A stretch of DNA of 64,000 nt from Arcobacter sp. LC1. Its GTDB lineage: Bacteria > Campylobacterota > Campylobacteria > Campylobacterales > Arcobacteraceae. Shown here piece by piece: positions 37,431-46,462 of the stretch. The stretch's first letter is position 1; every line of letters begins with the position of its first letter. The DNA is taken from NCBI GenBank assembly GCA_021378565.1, contig JAACJU010000010.1:3627-67626 (forward strand), read 5' to 3'. Position numbers and translations under genes: made by a program. A model generated the notes under the pieces. It was given only the letters and a program-made list of their open reading frames with translations, was not told the DNA's origin and searched no databases.

Positions 37431-37903
37431 TGCAAAATATTTCTTACAATCTAAAATACTCTAAATATCAAAAAATAACTTCAATTTATCAACTAAAATT
37501 TCAAGAAAACTTGAAAATTGATAATATATTTTTAGTATAAATTAATATTATTTTAATAAAAAATAAAAAAAATATGCTTAAAAAAATTATTTTTTCACTT
37601 TAGTTTTGCTTATAAAAAAAATCAAGTTTTACCTAAGATAGGAACTTAAGAAGTAAAATATTCTTTATAAAAAGATAATTATTATTATTAAACCCTTATA
37701 AGTGTAGATAATAAACAGCTTAAAGAGGTTTTTATAAAAAAATATAAAAATAGTGCTAATGAAATTAGTATATACTCAAAAAAGAGTAAAATTATATATA
37801 AAGTTTTTAAATAGAAAAAAACTTAATTTAGTTATTTTTATTTTGAAATTTTATTATATTTGTTAAATTATTATTTTTTATTTGAATTCTTTCATGAAGA
37901 GAT

Positions 37904-37909
37904 TATAAT
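37904..37909 (+). promoter_or_regulatory. candidate -10 box upstream of the desulfidase-like operon
   Basis: TATAAT lies 35 nt upstream of ATG 37944. RBS AAGGAG. Confidence 0.35.
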
Positions 37910-37943
37910 ATATCCAAATAAAAAATAAATATAAGGAGTTTAA

Positions 37944-39230
37944 ATGGTTGAAAAAGTATTAAAAATTCTAGAAGAAGAGATTGTTGCAGCTGAGGGCTGT
38001 ACTGAACCTATTGCTATAGCTTATTTAGCAAGCAAATGCGTAAGTATCATAGGAGGTATTCCTGAAAAATTAGAATTAGAATTATCAGGAAATATAATCA
38101 AAAATGTTCAAAGTGTAAAAATACCAAATTCAGATGGTATGGTTGGTATTGAAGCTGCTGCTGCACTTGGAATGATTCTAGGAGACTGCTCAAAAGAATT
38201 AATGGTAATATCTTCAGTTAATGAACATAAATTGCCAGTAGTTCAAAAATATCTTGATGAAGATAGAATAAGTATTAAAAAAATAGAGCACGAAACTGCA
38301 AAATTGCATTTAATAGCTACGGCTTATTTAGGAAGTGATAAAGTCATGGTTGAGATTAAACATTATCACACAAATATAGTTAAGATTGAAAAAAATTCAA
38401 AACCAGTTCCAAATTCTTTGCTGTGTGATGCAATGGGTGCTAGTGATACTATGACAAACACAGATTTTTTAACAGTTGCTCTTATCTATGATTTGGCTAA
38501 AACTATTGAACTTGAAAAAATCGCTCCACTTTTTGAAAAAGTTATAACTTATAATAGTGCTATTGCAAATGAAGGGCTAAAAAACACTTATGGCGCAGCT
38601 GTTGGTAAAACCTTAGCACAGGGCATGAAAGAAGGCGTTTATGGGCGTGATGTGAAAAATAAAATTATGAGTTTTACTTCAGCTGGAAGTGACGCAAGAA
38701 TGAATGGTTGTTCTTTACCCGTTATGACTACAAGTGGAAGTGGAAACCAAGGAATGACAGCATCTTTGCCCATAATAAAATATTGCGAAGAAAACAATAT
38801 TTCTCATGAAAAATTAATTAGGGCTTTATTCTTATCTCACTTAACAACAATTCATATAAAATCAAACATAGGACGTCTTTCAGCGTATTGTGGTGTAGTT
38901 TGCTCAGGTGGTGGTGTTGCCGCTGCCTTATCATTTTTAGATGATTTGTCACTTGAACAAATCGAAACTTCTATTGAGACTACTTTGGCTACTTTGTCAG
39001 GTATGATTTGTGATGGAGCAAAATCTTCTTGTGCAGCTAAAATATCAGCTTCGGCTGCTATGGCATTTGATGCTTATTATATGTCAAAAAAACATACAAA
39101 CTTTAAGCAAGGAGAGGGCATAGTTGGGAAAAATGTTGAAGGAACACTAAAAAATATAAATGTTTTAGCACATAAGGGACTTGAAGAAACAGACGAAGTC
39201 ATCTTAGATGTTATCTTAAAAAATAAGTAA
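37944..39230 (+). CDS. UPF0597/YhaM-family protein (L-cysteine desulfidase / serine-dehydratase-alpha-like)
   Basis: N-terminal EEEIVAAEGCTEPIAIAYLA (the GCTEP motif of the YhaM family). Later SGSGNQGMTASLP and CDGAKSSCA. Confidence 0.7.
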   Translation: MVEKVLKILEEEIVAAEGCTEPIAIAYLASKCVSIIGGIPEKLELELSGNIIKNVQSVKIPNSDGMVGIEAAAALGMILGDCSKELMVISSVNEHKLPVVQKYLDEDRISIKKIEHETAKLHLIATAYLGSDKVMVEIKHYHTNIVKIEKNSKPVPNSLLCDAMGASDTMTNTDFLTVALIYDLAKTIELEKIAPLFEKVITYNSAIANEGLKNTYGAAVGKTLAQGMKEGVYGRDVKNKIMSFTSAGSDARMNGCSLPVMTTSGSGNQGMTASLPIIKYCEENNISHEKLIRALFLSHLTTIHIKSNIGRLSAYCGVVCSGGGVAAALSFLDDLSLEQIETSIETTLATLSGMICDGAKSSCAAKISASAAMAFDAYYMSKKHTNFKQGEGIVGKNVEGTLKNINVLAHKGLEETDEVILDVILKNK

Positions 39231-39239
39231 GGAGTTTAA

Positions 39240-39974
39240 ATGTCTAAACCTATAATTGGAATTTCAGGAAGTATTATAGTTGATGAGGGTGGAATGTTCC
39301 CAGGCTATAAAAGAGCATACGTAAATGATGACTATGTTCAAGCAGTAGCAAGTGCAGGAGGAATACCTTATATCATTCCTATAGTTGATGATGAAGAATT
39401 AGTAATTTCACAACTTAGTATGATTGACGGTCTTTTGATGTCAGGCGGACAAGATATAAACCCTTTAATGTATGGTGAAGAGCCAAATCGTTTAGTAGAT
39501 GATATATTTCCACGAAGAGATACATTTGATGAAAGATTAGTTAAGAATTTTATGAAAACTAAAAAACCCATTTTTGGGATTTGCAGAGGTCATCAGATAA
39601 TTAATGTAGTAAACGGAGGAACTTTGCATCAAGATTTAACTTTGATTAAAGGCTCTTATATAAAACATTGGCAAGCACATAATCCAAGTTATGAAACACA
39701 TAGTGTTTTAGTTGAAAAAGATTCAAGATTGCATGATATTTTAGGAGATGAAACTTTGGTTAACTCTTTTCATCACTTAGCTATTAAAGATGTGGCACCT
39801 GGGTTCAAAGTGACTGCAAAAGCAAAAGATGGAGTTATCGAAGGTATTGAAAAAGTTGGAGATGAATTTGTCGTTGGTATTCAGTGGCATAGTGAAATGC
39901 TAAGTGCAACAAATGAAAAAATGCACAATATTTTTGTGAAGTTTGTAGGACTTTGCGCAAAAAATAAAAAGTAG
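39240..39974 (+). CDS. peptidase C26 / class I glutamine amidotransferase-like gamma-glutamyl hydrolase (PuuD family)
   Basis: GICRGHQIIN (nucleophile Cys) and IQWHSE (His/Glu) motifs. Confidence 0.75.
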   Translation: MSKPIIGISGSIIVDEGGMFPGYKRAYVNDDYVQAVASAGGIPYIIPIVDDEELVISQLSMIDGLLMSGGQDINPLMYGEEPNRLVDDIFPRRDTFDERLVKNFMKTKKPIFGICRGHQIINVVNGGTLHQDLTLIKGSYIKHWQAHNPSYETHSVLVEKDSRLHDILGDETLVNSFHHLAIKDVAPGFKVTAKAKDGVIEGIEKVGDEFVVGIQWHSEMLSATNEKMHNIFVKFVGLCAKNKK

Positions 39975-40020
39975 AAAATAAAATAAAATAGATTTAAAAT
40001 TTTAGAGGAAGGAATTTAAG

Positions 40021-41355
40021 ATGGAAATTGTAAAAAGTAAGTTTGGGTTTTGGAGCATAATGCTTTTAGGAGTAAATGCTATTGTCGGTTCAGGAATTTT
40101 TCTTTTACCAAATAAAGCTTATGCTCAAGTTGGAGTTTATAGTCTTTATGTGATTATTTTTGATGCATTCTTGGTTTTATGTATGGCTTTATGCTTTGCT
40201 GAAGCTTCTGGAATGTTCAAAAAAAATGGTGCTGCTTATGTTTATGCTAAAGAAGCTTTTGGAGAATTTGTAGGTTTTGAAGTAGGATTTATGAAATGGG
40301 CAATAAGCATTATTGCTTGGGCAGCGATGGCAGCAGCTTTTACTAAAGCATTGTCAGTTGTTTGGGAACCAGCAGCAGAGCCAATGATTAGAACAATTAT
40401 TCAAGTTGTCTTGATTGGTGGACTAGGAATTATGAATATCGTAGGAGTTAAAATATCTGCATTATTTAATAATATCGTAACAATAGCAAAATTAATACCT
40501 CTTATTTTGTTTGTCGTAATCGGAATATTTTTTCTTGATAAAGCAAACTTTGCTGCTCCAGTAGTAGATGCAGCATCAAGTGTAATAAACACAACAGGTA
40601 CTCTAACGGCAGCTACTTTTGCTTCATCAGTATTATTAATGTTTTACGCATTTACAGGCTTTGAAGCTATTGCGACAGCAGCAGAAGATATGGAAAATCC
40701 ACAAAAAAACTTACCAAAAGTTATTGTTTCTGTAATTATAGCAGTAGTAATTTTTTATATTTTAATCCTTGCTGTGTCTATAGGAACTTTAGGTTCATCA
40801 CTAGCTACTTCAAATGCACCGATAGCAGATGCTATGAAAACTTTCTTAGGTGTTTGGGGAAGAGATTTAGTTCTAGCTGGAACTATCGTATCAATCGGTG
40901 GTATTACTCTTGCTTCATCTTTTTTAACTCCAAGAGCAGGAGTTGCTTTGGCTGAAAATGGTATTTTACCAAAATTTATAGGAAGAAACGGAAGATTTGG
41001 TACACCTACAGCAGCGATTGCAATCAGTACTATTTTATCAATTCTTTTATCTCTAAGTGGGACTTTTTACTTTCTTGCTGCTATCTCAGTTATCTCAAGA
41101 TTTGTGCAATACTTGCCAACTTGCGTTGCTGTTGTAGTTCTTAGAAGAACAAGACCTGATTTAAAACCATCTTTTAGAGTACCTTTTGGACCAGTAATCC
41201 CTGCGATTGCAGTTATTATATCTTTTTGGCTACTTTATAATTCAAGTATGTATAAAATCTTATTTGGTTTAGGTGGTTTAGTCGTTGGTGCAGTTTTGTA
41301 TTTTGTTATGCAATACATCAATAAAAAAGAAGCTAATAAAGCTACAAAAGCTTAG
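40021..41355 (+). CDS. APC-family amino acid permease
   Basis: 444 aa, about 12 TM segments. The N-terminal LLGVNAIVGSGIFLLP is the APC signature. Confidence 0.8.
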   Translation: MEIVKSKFGFWSIMLLGVNAIVGSGIFLLPNKAYAQVGVYSLYVIIFDAFLVLCMALCFAEASGMFKKNGAAYVYAKEAFGEFVGFEVGFMKWAISIIAWAAMAAAFTKALSVVWEPAAEPMIRTIIQVVLIGGLGIMNIVGVKISALFNNIVTIAKLIPLILFVVIGIFFLDKANFAAPVVDAASSVINTTGTLTAATFASSVLLMFYAFTGFEAIATAAEDMENPQKNLPKVIVSVIIAVVIFYILILAVSIGTLGSSLATSNAPIADAMKTFLGVWGRDLVLAGTIVSIGGITLASSFLTPRAGVALAENGILPKFIGRNGRFGTPTAAIAISTILSILLSLSGTFYFLAAISVISRFVQYLPTCVAVVVLRRTRPDLKPSFRVPFGPVIPAIAVIISFWLLYNSSMYKILFGLGGLVVGAVLYFVMQYINKKEANKATKA

Positions 41356-41361
41356 TTTCTT

Positions 41362-41395
41362 ATAATAGCTAGATTTTCTAGCTATTATATTTTTG
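41362..41395 (+). terminator. Rho-independent terminator after the permease gene
   Basis: ATAATAGCTAGA-ttt-TCTAGCTATTAT (12-bp stem) followed by ATTTTTG. Confidence 0.7.
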
Positions 41396-41461
41396 TATAT
41401 TTGTATATTTTAAAATATTCTTACAAAACAATCTTTTTACAATACATCTACAAAATATTTT

Positions 41462-42340
41462 TTAAGATATTTCTTTTGCTTTAGTTTTTACAAAATCTGA
41501 AAATACATTAAACAATTTATTTTTTTCTTTATTTTTATGATAAATGATATAAAATTCTCTTGAAATTTTTATATTTTTAAGTTTCATTCTAAAAAGTTTT
41601 TTTGCTTCAATTTCCTCTTTTACAGCCAAAGTAGAAATAACAGTAATAGCTTCTTCATTTTTTAAAAGCACTTGTTTTATTTCATTAAAATCATCAAGCT
41701 CCATAAAAATATTTAATTCATTATATAAATCTCCAAGATATTTCATAAAAATATCCCTAGTTCCTGAGCCATTCTCTCTTAAAATCCATTTTTTATCTAA
41801 GGCATCAATATAATTATTTTCGTCTGCATTATCATCACTTGTTACAACTATAAGCTCATCATCTTTTATTTTTTCACTTATAATATTTTCATTATTACAA
41901 CGAGTTTCAATCAAGCCAATGTCAATAGAACCATCAAGAACTTTGCTTATAATATTTTTTGAATTTTGAGTTCTTGTCTCAATCTTGATATTTTCATATT
42001 CCATTAAAAACTGATAATAAATATTTGGCATTAAGTAGTTTGCTATAGTTTTAGAAGATGTAATTTTTAATTTACCCGCTAATTTATTTTGATTAAAAAG
42101 TGCCTGTGCATTATTTAGTGCTTGAAAATGAGGATAAGAGATATCATAAAATTCTCTACCTCTTGCATTTAAAATAAGTTTTTTGCCAATTCTATCAAAA
42201 AGGTTTTCCCCTAAAGATGTTTCAAGAGATTTTATAGCTAAAGAAATAGCAGATTGACTTATGCCCATTTCTTTGGCGACAAGACTTACAGAATGATTTT
42301 TGGCCAAACTATAAAAAAAATTAAGTTCTTTGAATGTCAT
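41462..42340 (-). CDS. LysR-family transcriptional regulator
   Basis: N-terminal wHTH: FFYSLAKNHSVSLVAKEMGISQSAISLAIKSLE. 292 aa. Divergent from the yeiH-like gene. Confidence 0.88.
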   Translation of the reverse strand: MTFKELNFFYSLAKNHSVSLVAKEMGISQSAISLAIKSLETSLGENLFDRIGKKLILNARGREFYDISYPHFQALNNAQALFNQNKLAGKLKITSSKTIANYLMPNIYYQFLMEYENIKIETRTQNSKNIISKVLDGSIDIGLIETRCNNENIISEKIKDDELIVVTSDDNADENNYIDALDKKWILRENGSGTRDIFMKYLGDLYNELNIFMELDDFNEIKQVLLKNEEAITVISTLAVKEEIEAKKLFRMKLKNIKISREFYIIYHKNKEKNKLFNVFSDFVKTKAKEIS

Positions 42341-42446
42341 TTTATATCCTTATATAATTTATTTTATATTATATTTAAAATAATATATTTTACATATTAA
42401 ACGATATGTGCTAAACTAAGAAATATTAAAATTTAAGGAGATTTAT

Positions 42447-43463
42447 ATGCAAAAAACAAAAATAAACATAAGAGGAATAATTCTAGTAGCTTTATTTTCT
42501 TTATTAGCAACTTTTATAGCTAGACTACATTTTTTTGAAAATATAGGGATTAGCCCTTTAATTATAGGAATTATAATCGGAATTATTTATGCAAATACTA
42601 TCAGACACAAAGTCCCAGCTTCACTAACGCCTGGGGTTATATTTTGCACAAAATTTATTCTTAGACTTGGAATTATTTTTTATGGTTTTAGATTAACTTT
42701 TCAAAGCATTGAAGCTGTCGGATTAAGTGGAATATTAGCATCATTTTTGATGGTAGTCTGCACTTTTACTATAGGATATTTTGTAGGAGTTAAGGTTTTA
42801 AAACTTGATAGAGATATTACAATTTTGACAACAGCAGGTTCTTCAATCTGTGGCGCAGCCGCTATCTTAGCAACTGAGCCTATCATAAAAGCTGAGCCTT
42901 ACAAAAGTGCAATTGCTGTTTCAACTGTTGTTGTTTTTGGAACTATTGCTATATTTTTATATCCATTTATGTATAGAATGGGAATTATACCTTTTAACGC
43001 TCAAGATATGGGTATTTACATAGGTGCAAGCGTACATGAAGTAGCGCACGTTGTAGCAGCATCAAATGCCATAGGCCCAGAAGCAAGCGCAAGTGCAGTG
43101 ATTGTAAAAATGATTAGAGTCATGATGTTAGCACCATTTTTAATAATCTTGTCTTGGTTTATTGCAAGAAGTGCTACAAATAAAGGCGGTGAAAAAGGCA
43201 AAATTACTATACCTTGGTTTGCTGTAATTTTCATCTTAGTTGTAGGCTTAAATTCTTTTTCTTGGTTTTCTCCAAAAATTTTAGAATTTATTAAAATATT
43301 TGATACTTTTGCTCTTACTATGGCAATGTGCGCTTTGGGAATGGAGACAAGTTTTAGTAAATTTAAAGGTGTTGGTGCAAAACCTATTTATCTAGCTACA
43401 ATTTTATTTGCTTGGTTAATTGTCGGAGGATTTTTTATAGTCAAATTAAGCCTTTTGGTTTAG
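42447..43463 (+). CDS. YeiH/UPF0324-family membrane protein (putative sulfate exporter family)
   Basis: 338 aa, about 10 TM segments. The divergent LysR pairing matches the typical yeiE-yeiH arrangement. Confidence 0.65.
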   Translation: MQKTKINIRGIILVALFSLLATFIARLHFFENIGISPLIIGIIIGIIYANTIRHKVPASLTPGVIFCTKFILRLGIIFYGFRLTFQSIEAVGLSGILASFLMVVCTFTIGYFVGVKVLKLDRDITILTTAGSSICGAAAILATEPIIKAEPYKSAIAVSTVVVFGTIAIFLYPFMYRMGIIPFNAQDMGIYIGASVHEVAHVVAASNAIGPEASASAVIVKMIRVMMLAPFLIILSWFIARSATNKGGEKGKITIPWFAVIFILVVGLNSFSWFSPKILEFIKIFDTFALTMAMCALGMETSFSKFKGVGAKPIYLATILFAWLIVGGFFIVKLSLLV

Positions 43464-43577
43464 TAAAATTGGGCAGTAAGTTAGCAGTTAAATTGTATTT
43501 TTCTTAAATAAAATTTTAATTATCTTAACTTTTGTTTTGTAAGCTTTATTTTAGTAAAATCTAAAAATTATAGAAGG

Positions 43578-43602
43578 CTCTAGAAAAATCAAATTTCTAG
43601 AG
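43578..43602 (+). terminator. hairpin between the yeiH-like and tauE-like genes
   Basis: CTCTAGAAA-n7-TTTCTAGAG followed by TTTG. It could equally be an operator. Confidence 0.35.
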
Positions 43603-43643
43603 TTTGCTAGGTAAAAATTAGAAAATCAAAAATAAGGCATTAA

Positions 43644-44450
43644 ATGTTTAGCCCAGAATCTATTATTTTATATATTTGCTTAGGCTCTTTCGTTGGAATA
43701 ATCGCTGGACTTTTAGGCATAGGTGGAGGAGTTATTTTAGTTCCTGCCTTATCTAGTATATTTATTATGCAAGGCGTTATACCTGAGGCAAATATTATGC
43801 ACTTAGCACTCGGTACTAGCATGGCGACTATTGTTGTGACTTCGTCTTCAAGCCTAAGAGCTCACCATAAAAAAAAAGGTGTGCTTTGGGATTTATTTAA
43901 ATTAATGACTCCAGGGATTATCATAGGGGCTTTGTTAGCAACTTTTATAGGCTCATTTCTTAGCTCTTTTGATTTAGCAATTATTTTTATTATAGTTATG
44001 ATTTTTGTATCTTTTAAAATGTTTTTTAATGGTAAAAAAGAATCGAGCAAGGAAATGTTTCCTCCAAAAGTTCAAGCTACAGCAGGATTTTTTATAGGAT
44101 TAATCTCAGCTTTGGTATCCTTAGGAGGAGGCGTTATAAATGTTCCTTATTTTCTTTGGCAAAATATAGAACCTAAAAAAGCCATAGGCACAAGTGCAGC
44201 ACTTACTTTTCCTCTAGCATTAAGTGGAACTATTGGATATATTATAAATGGTTGGAGTTTTACAAGTTTAGAACATCTTAGTTTAGGCTTTGTGCTAGTT
44301 CCTGTTTTTTTGATAGTTTCATTTTTTTCTTTTATTTTTGCTCCTTTGGGGGTAAAACTAGCATACACTTTACCCATAAATATTATTAAAAAAGTTTTTG
44401 CTTGCTTAATAATATTAGTTTCTGTTAAAATGCTAATATCTTTTGTTTAA
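43644..44450 (+). CDS. TauE/SafE (TSUP) family sulfite/organosulfonate exporter-like membrane protein
   Basis: GLLGIGGGVILVPAL, with a second-half repeat LVSLGGGVINVPYF typical of the TSUP internal duplication. Confidence 0.75.
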   Translation: MFSPESIILYICLGSFVGIIAGLLGIGGGVILVPALSSIFIMQGVIPEANIMHLALGTSMATIVVTSSSSLRAHHKKKGVLWDLFKLMTPGIIIGALLATFIGSFLSSFDLAIIFIIVMIFVSFKMFFNGKKESSKEMFPPKVQATAGFFIGLISALVSLGGGVINVPYFLWQNIEPKKAIGTSAALTFPLALSGTIGYIINGWSFTSLEHLSLGFVLVPVFLIVSFFSFIFAPLGVKLAYTLPINIIKKVFACLIILVSVKMLISFV

Positions 44451-44494
44451 ATAAAAGAATAAATAAATATAAATAAATCAAAAAAGGAAATATA

Positions 44495-45130
44495 ATGGAT
44501 AAAACTTTTGAAGAAGCTATGGATTTTAGACATGCTTGTAAAAAATTTGACACTAATAAAAAAATAGAATGCAAGGATATGAAATATATTGTAAGTGCTG
44601 GGATTAAATCTCCTAGTTCTTTTGGTATGGAGCCTTGGAAATTTTTGATGATTACAGATGAGAAAATCAAAAAAGCTTTAAAACCGCTTTGCTGGAATCA
44701 AGACCAAATAGATACTTGTTCCAATCTTGTAGTAATGTTAGCTCTTATTGAAGATATTAAGCCAAGTTCTGGAGTTCCTTTGAAAATGTTTTCTAGAAAA
44801 GGACTTAGCGAAGATTTGACAAAAGCTTATGTGAAAAAATATGAAGATAAACTAGCTCCTATTTTAGATGATGATGAAAAAATATTTAACTATTCTTCTG
44901 CTCAAGTTCATATAGCAGCCGCAAATATGATGACAGCCGCTGCAATTAAGGGTATTGATTCTTGTCCTATTGGAGGATTTGATAAACTTGATGTTGAAAA
45001 ACTTTTAAAAATTGATAAGAAAAAATATGGAGTAGCTTTGATTGTGCCTTTTGGATATAGAATAAATCCTCAAAGTAAACAATTAAGAAAAACATTCGAA
45101 GAAGTTGTTACACATATAAAAAGTATATAA
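44495..45130 (+). CDS. nitroreductase-family NAD(P)H oxidoreductase
   Basis: AMDFRHACKKFD...SPSSFGMEPWKFLMI is the nitroreductase fold signature. Confidence 0.75.
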   Translation: MDKTFEEAMDFRHACKKFDTNKKIECKDMKYIVSAGIKSPSSFGMEPWKFLMITDEKIKKALKPLCWNQDQIDTCSNLVVMLALIEDIKPSSGVPLKMFSRKGLSEDLTKAYVKKYEDKLAPILDDDEKIFNYSSAQVHIAAANMMTAAAIKGIDSCPIGGFDKLDVEKLLKIDKKKYGVALIVPFGYRINPQSKQLRKTFEEVVTHIKSI

Positions 45131-45198
45131 GAAATTTTAAAAAGTAAATCTTTTAGCTAAATTTTCTTTAGCTAAAAGGCATGATGAATTTTTATAAT

Positions 45199-46176
45199 CT
45201 AAATAAAATACTTAGCAAATTCATCTTTTGAAGCAAATTTTGAAGCTGATATTATTTCATCTCCTATTTTTAGCTTATAAATTTCATCTTCGTTAGTTTT
45301 TGCGTAACTTAGTATTATTTTAGCAGCCATTTCTTTGTCATTTTTTGAAGCCTTAATATCTAGTAAAGAATAAGGCCCCATAACATCAACAATTTTTACG
45401 CAAGAATATTTTTTACTTATAGTGTTTTCTAGCATTTTATTATCTTGCTCATTACGCCCAATAATCAACTTTGCATTATCTTCAAGCCTTAAGTGTCTGC
45501 CATATTTTAAGGTATTCATATCATCAACTTCTAAGGTATCATACTTTATAAAATCTTTTATTCTTTTAGCAGTATTTTGCTCCGTTAGCATACACCCACC
45601 AGCTGGTCTTTCATAATCTTGTATGCCAAAATCCTCTGCTAGTTTTATTTGCCTAGTCCTACTTCGCCCCTCAATATCTAAAAGCTTAGTCCTGTCAACC
45701 CAGCCCTCAAGCTCAGGCTTAGTTTCAGGCAAAAGTTTTGCACAAAGCGGACGAAGAATTAGATTATCTTCATCAAGGCTAAGTTTTTGCACATTTTGCA
45801 TTGCTTCTTTTCTTTGGCTCATTGGGCGTTGCCCTACAACTTCACCACTAATCATAAAATCAGCTTTGTATTTTTCAAGTAAATTTTTAGTATGCCTAAA
45901 CATAAAACCATGACAATCAATACAAGGATTAAAAGCAGAGCCATAGCCATATTTTGGAGAAAAAAGCACTTCTTTTATATATTTGTCTCTTAAATCTAGG
46001 ATTTCAAGCTTAGCCCCGACTTGAGAACACATATTTTCTAAGTGTGCTCTTTTATCTTTTGTGCCACCAAAACCAAAATTTACATGTATGGCTTGAACTT
46101 CTATACCTTGCAATCCTATTATTTTCATTGCTAAAGTTGAGTCAAGTCCACCAGAAAATAAAGCAAGAGCTTTCAT
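45199..46176 (-). CDS. PP-loop ATP pyrophosphatase family protein (ThiI/tRNA sulfurtransferase-like)
   Basis: MKALALFSGGLDSTLA (SGGxDS PP-loop) and a CIDCH Cys motif. Confidence 0.6.
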   Translation of the reverse strand: MKALALFSGGLDSTLAMKIIGLQGIEVQAIHVNFGFGGTKDKRAHLENMCSQVGAKLEILDLRDKYIKEVLFSPKYGYGSAFNPCIDCHGFMFRHTKNLLEKYKADFMISGEVVGQRPMSQRKEAMQNVQKLSLDEDNLILRPLCAKLLPETKPELEGWVDRTKLLDIEGRSRTRQIKLAEDFGIQDYERPAGGCMLTEQNTAKRIKDFIKYDTLEVDDMNTLKYGRHLRLEDNAKLIIGRNEQDNKMLENTISKKYSCVKIVDVMGPYSLLDIKASKNDKEMAAKIILSYAKTNEDEIYKLKIGDEIISASKFASKDEFAKYFI

Positions 46177-46314
46177 AATCTATTCCTTTAAAAATTTTTA
46201 AAATTTTAGCATAAGTTTACCAAAAATAGATTTGACTACTAATTGTTTTTATATTTTATTTTAATATAAATTTTTAAGTTAAAGTGATTTTTGGCTAGAA
46301 TTAAGATAGATTTT

Positions 46315-46428
46315 GATTTAAACGAAGTTTTTGAAGATAAGCTTTATTGCTAAGGCTTAGAGCTTTACTCGGATAACTTCAAACCGATTATTATAGTCTA
46401 TCTGTTCCCACACAAATATGCTGAGACT
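46315..46428 (-). ncRNA. tracrRNA (anti-repeat plus structured tail), antisense to and upstream of cas9
   Basis: Plus strand 46389-46428 (ATTATAGTCTATCTGTTCCCACACAAATATGCTGAGACT) closely resembles the crRNA-sense repeat GTTATAGCACCTGTTCCCACACAAGTATGCTATACT, so the minus-strand transcript is complementary to it, with an internal asymmetric loop. A minus-strand TAAAAT lies at 46434..46429. The tail contains nested stems (CTAAG-cc-TTAG, AAGCT/AGCTT, GAAGTT/AACTTC). The 3' end is uncertain. Confidence 0.6.
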
Positions 46429-46462
46429 ATTTTAATAATATTTAGCTTCAAAGGAGATTAAA

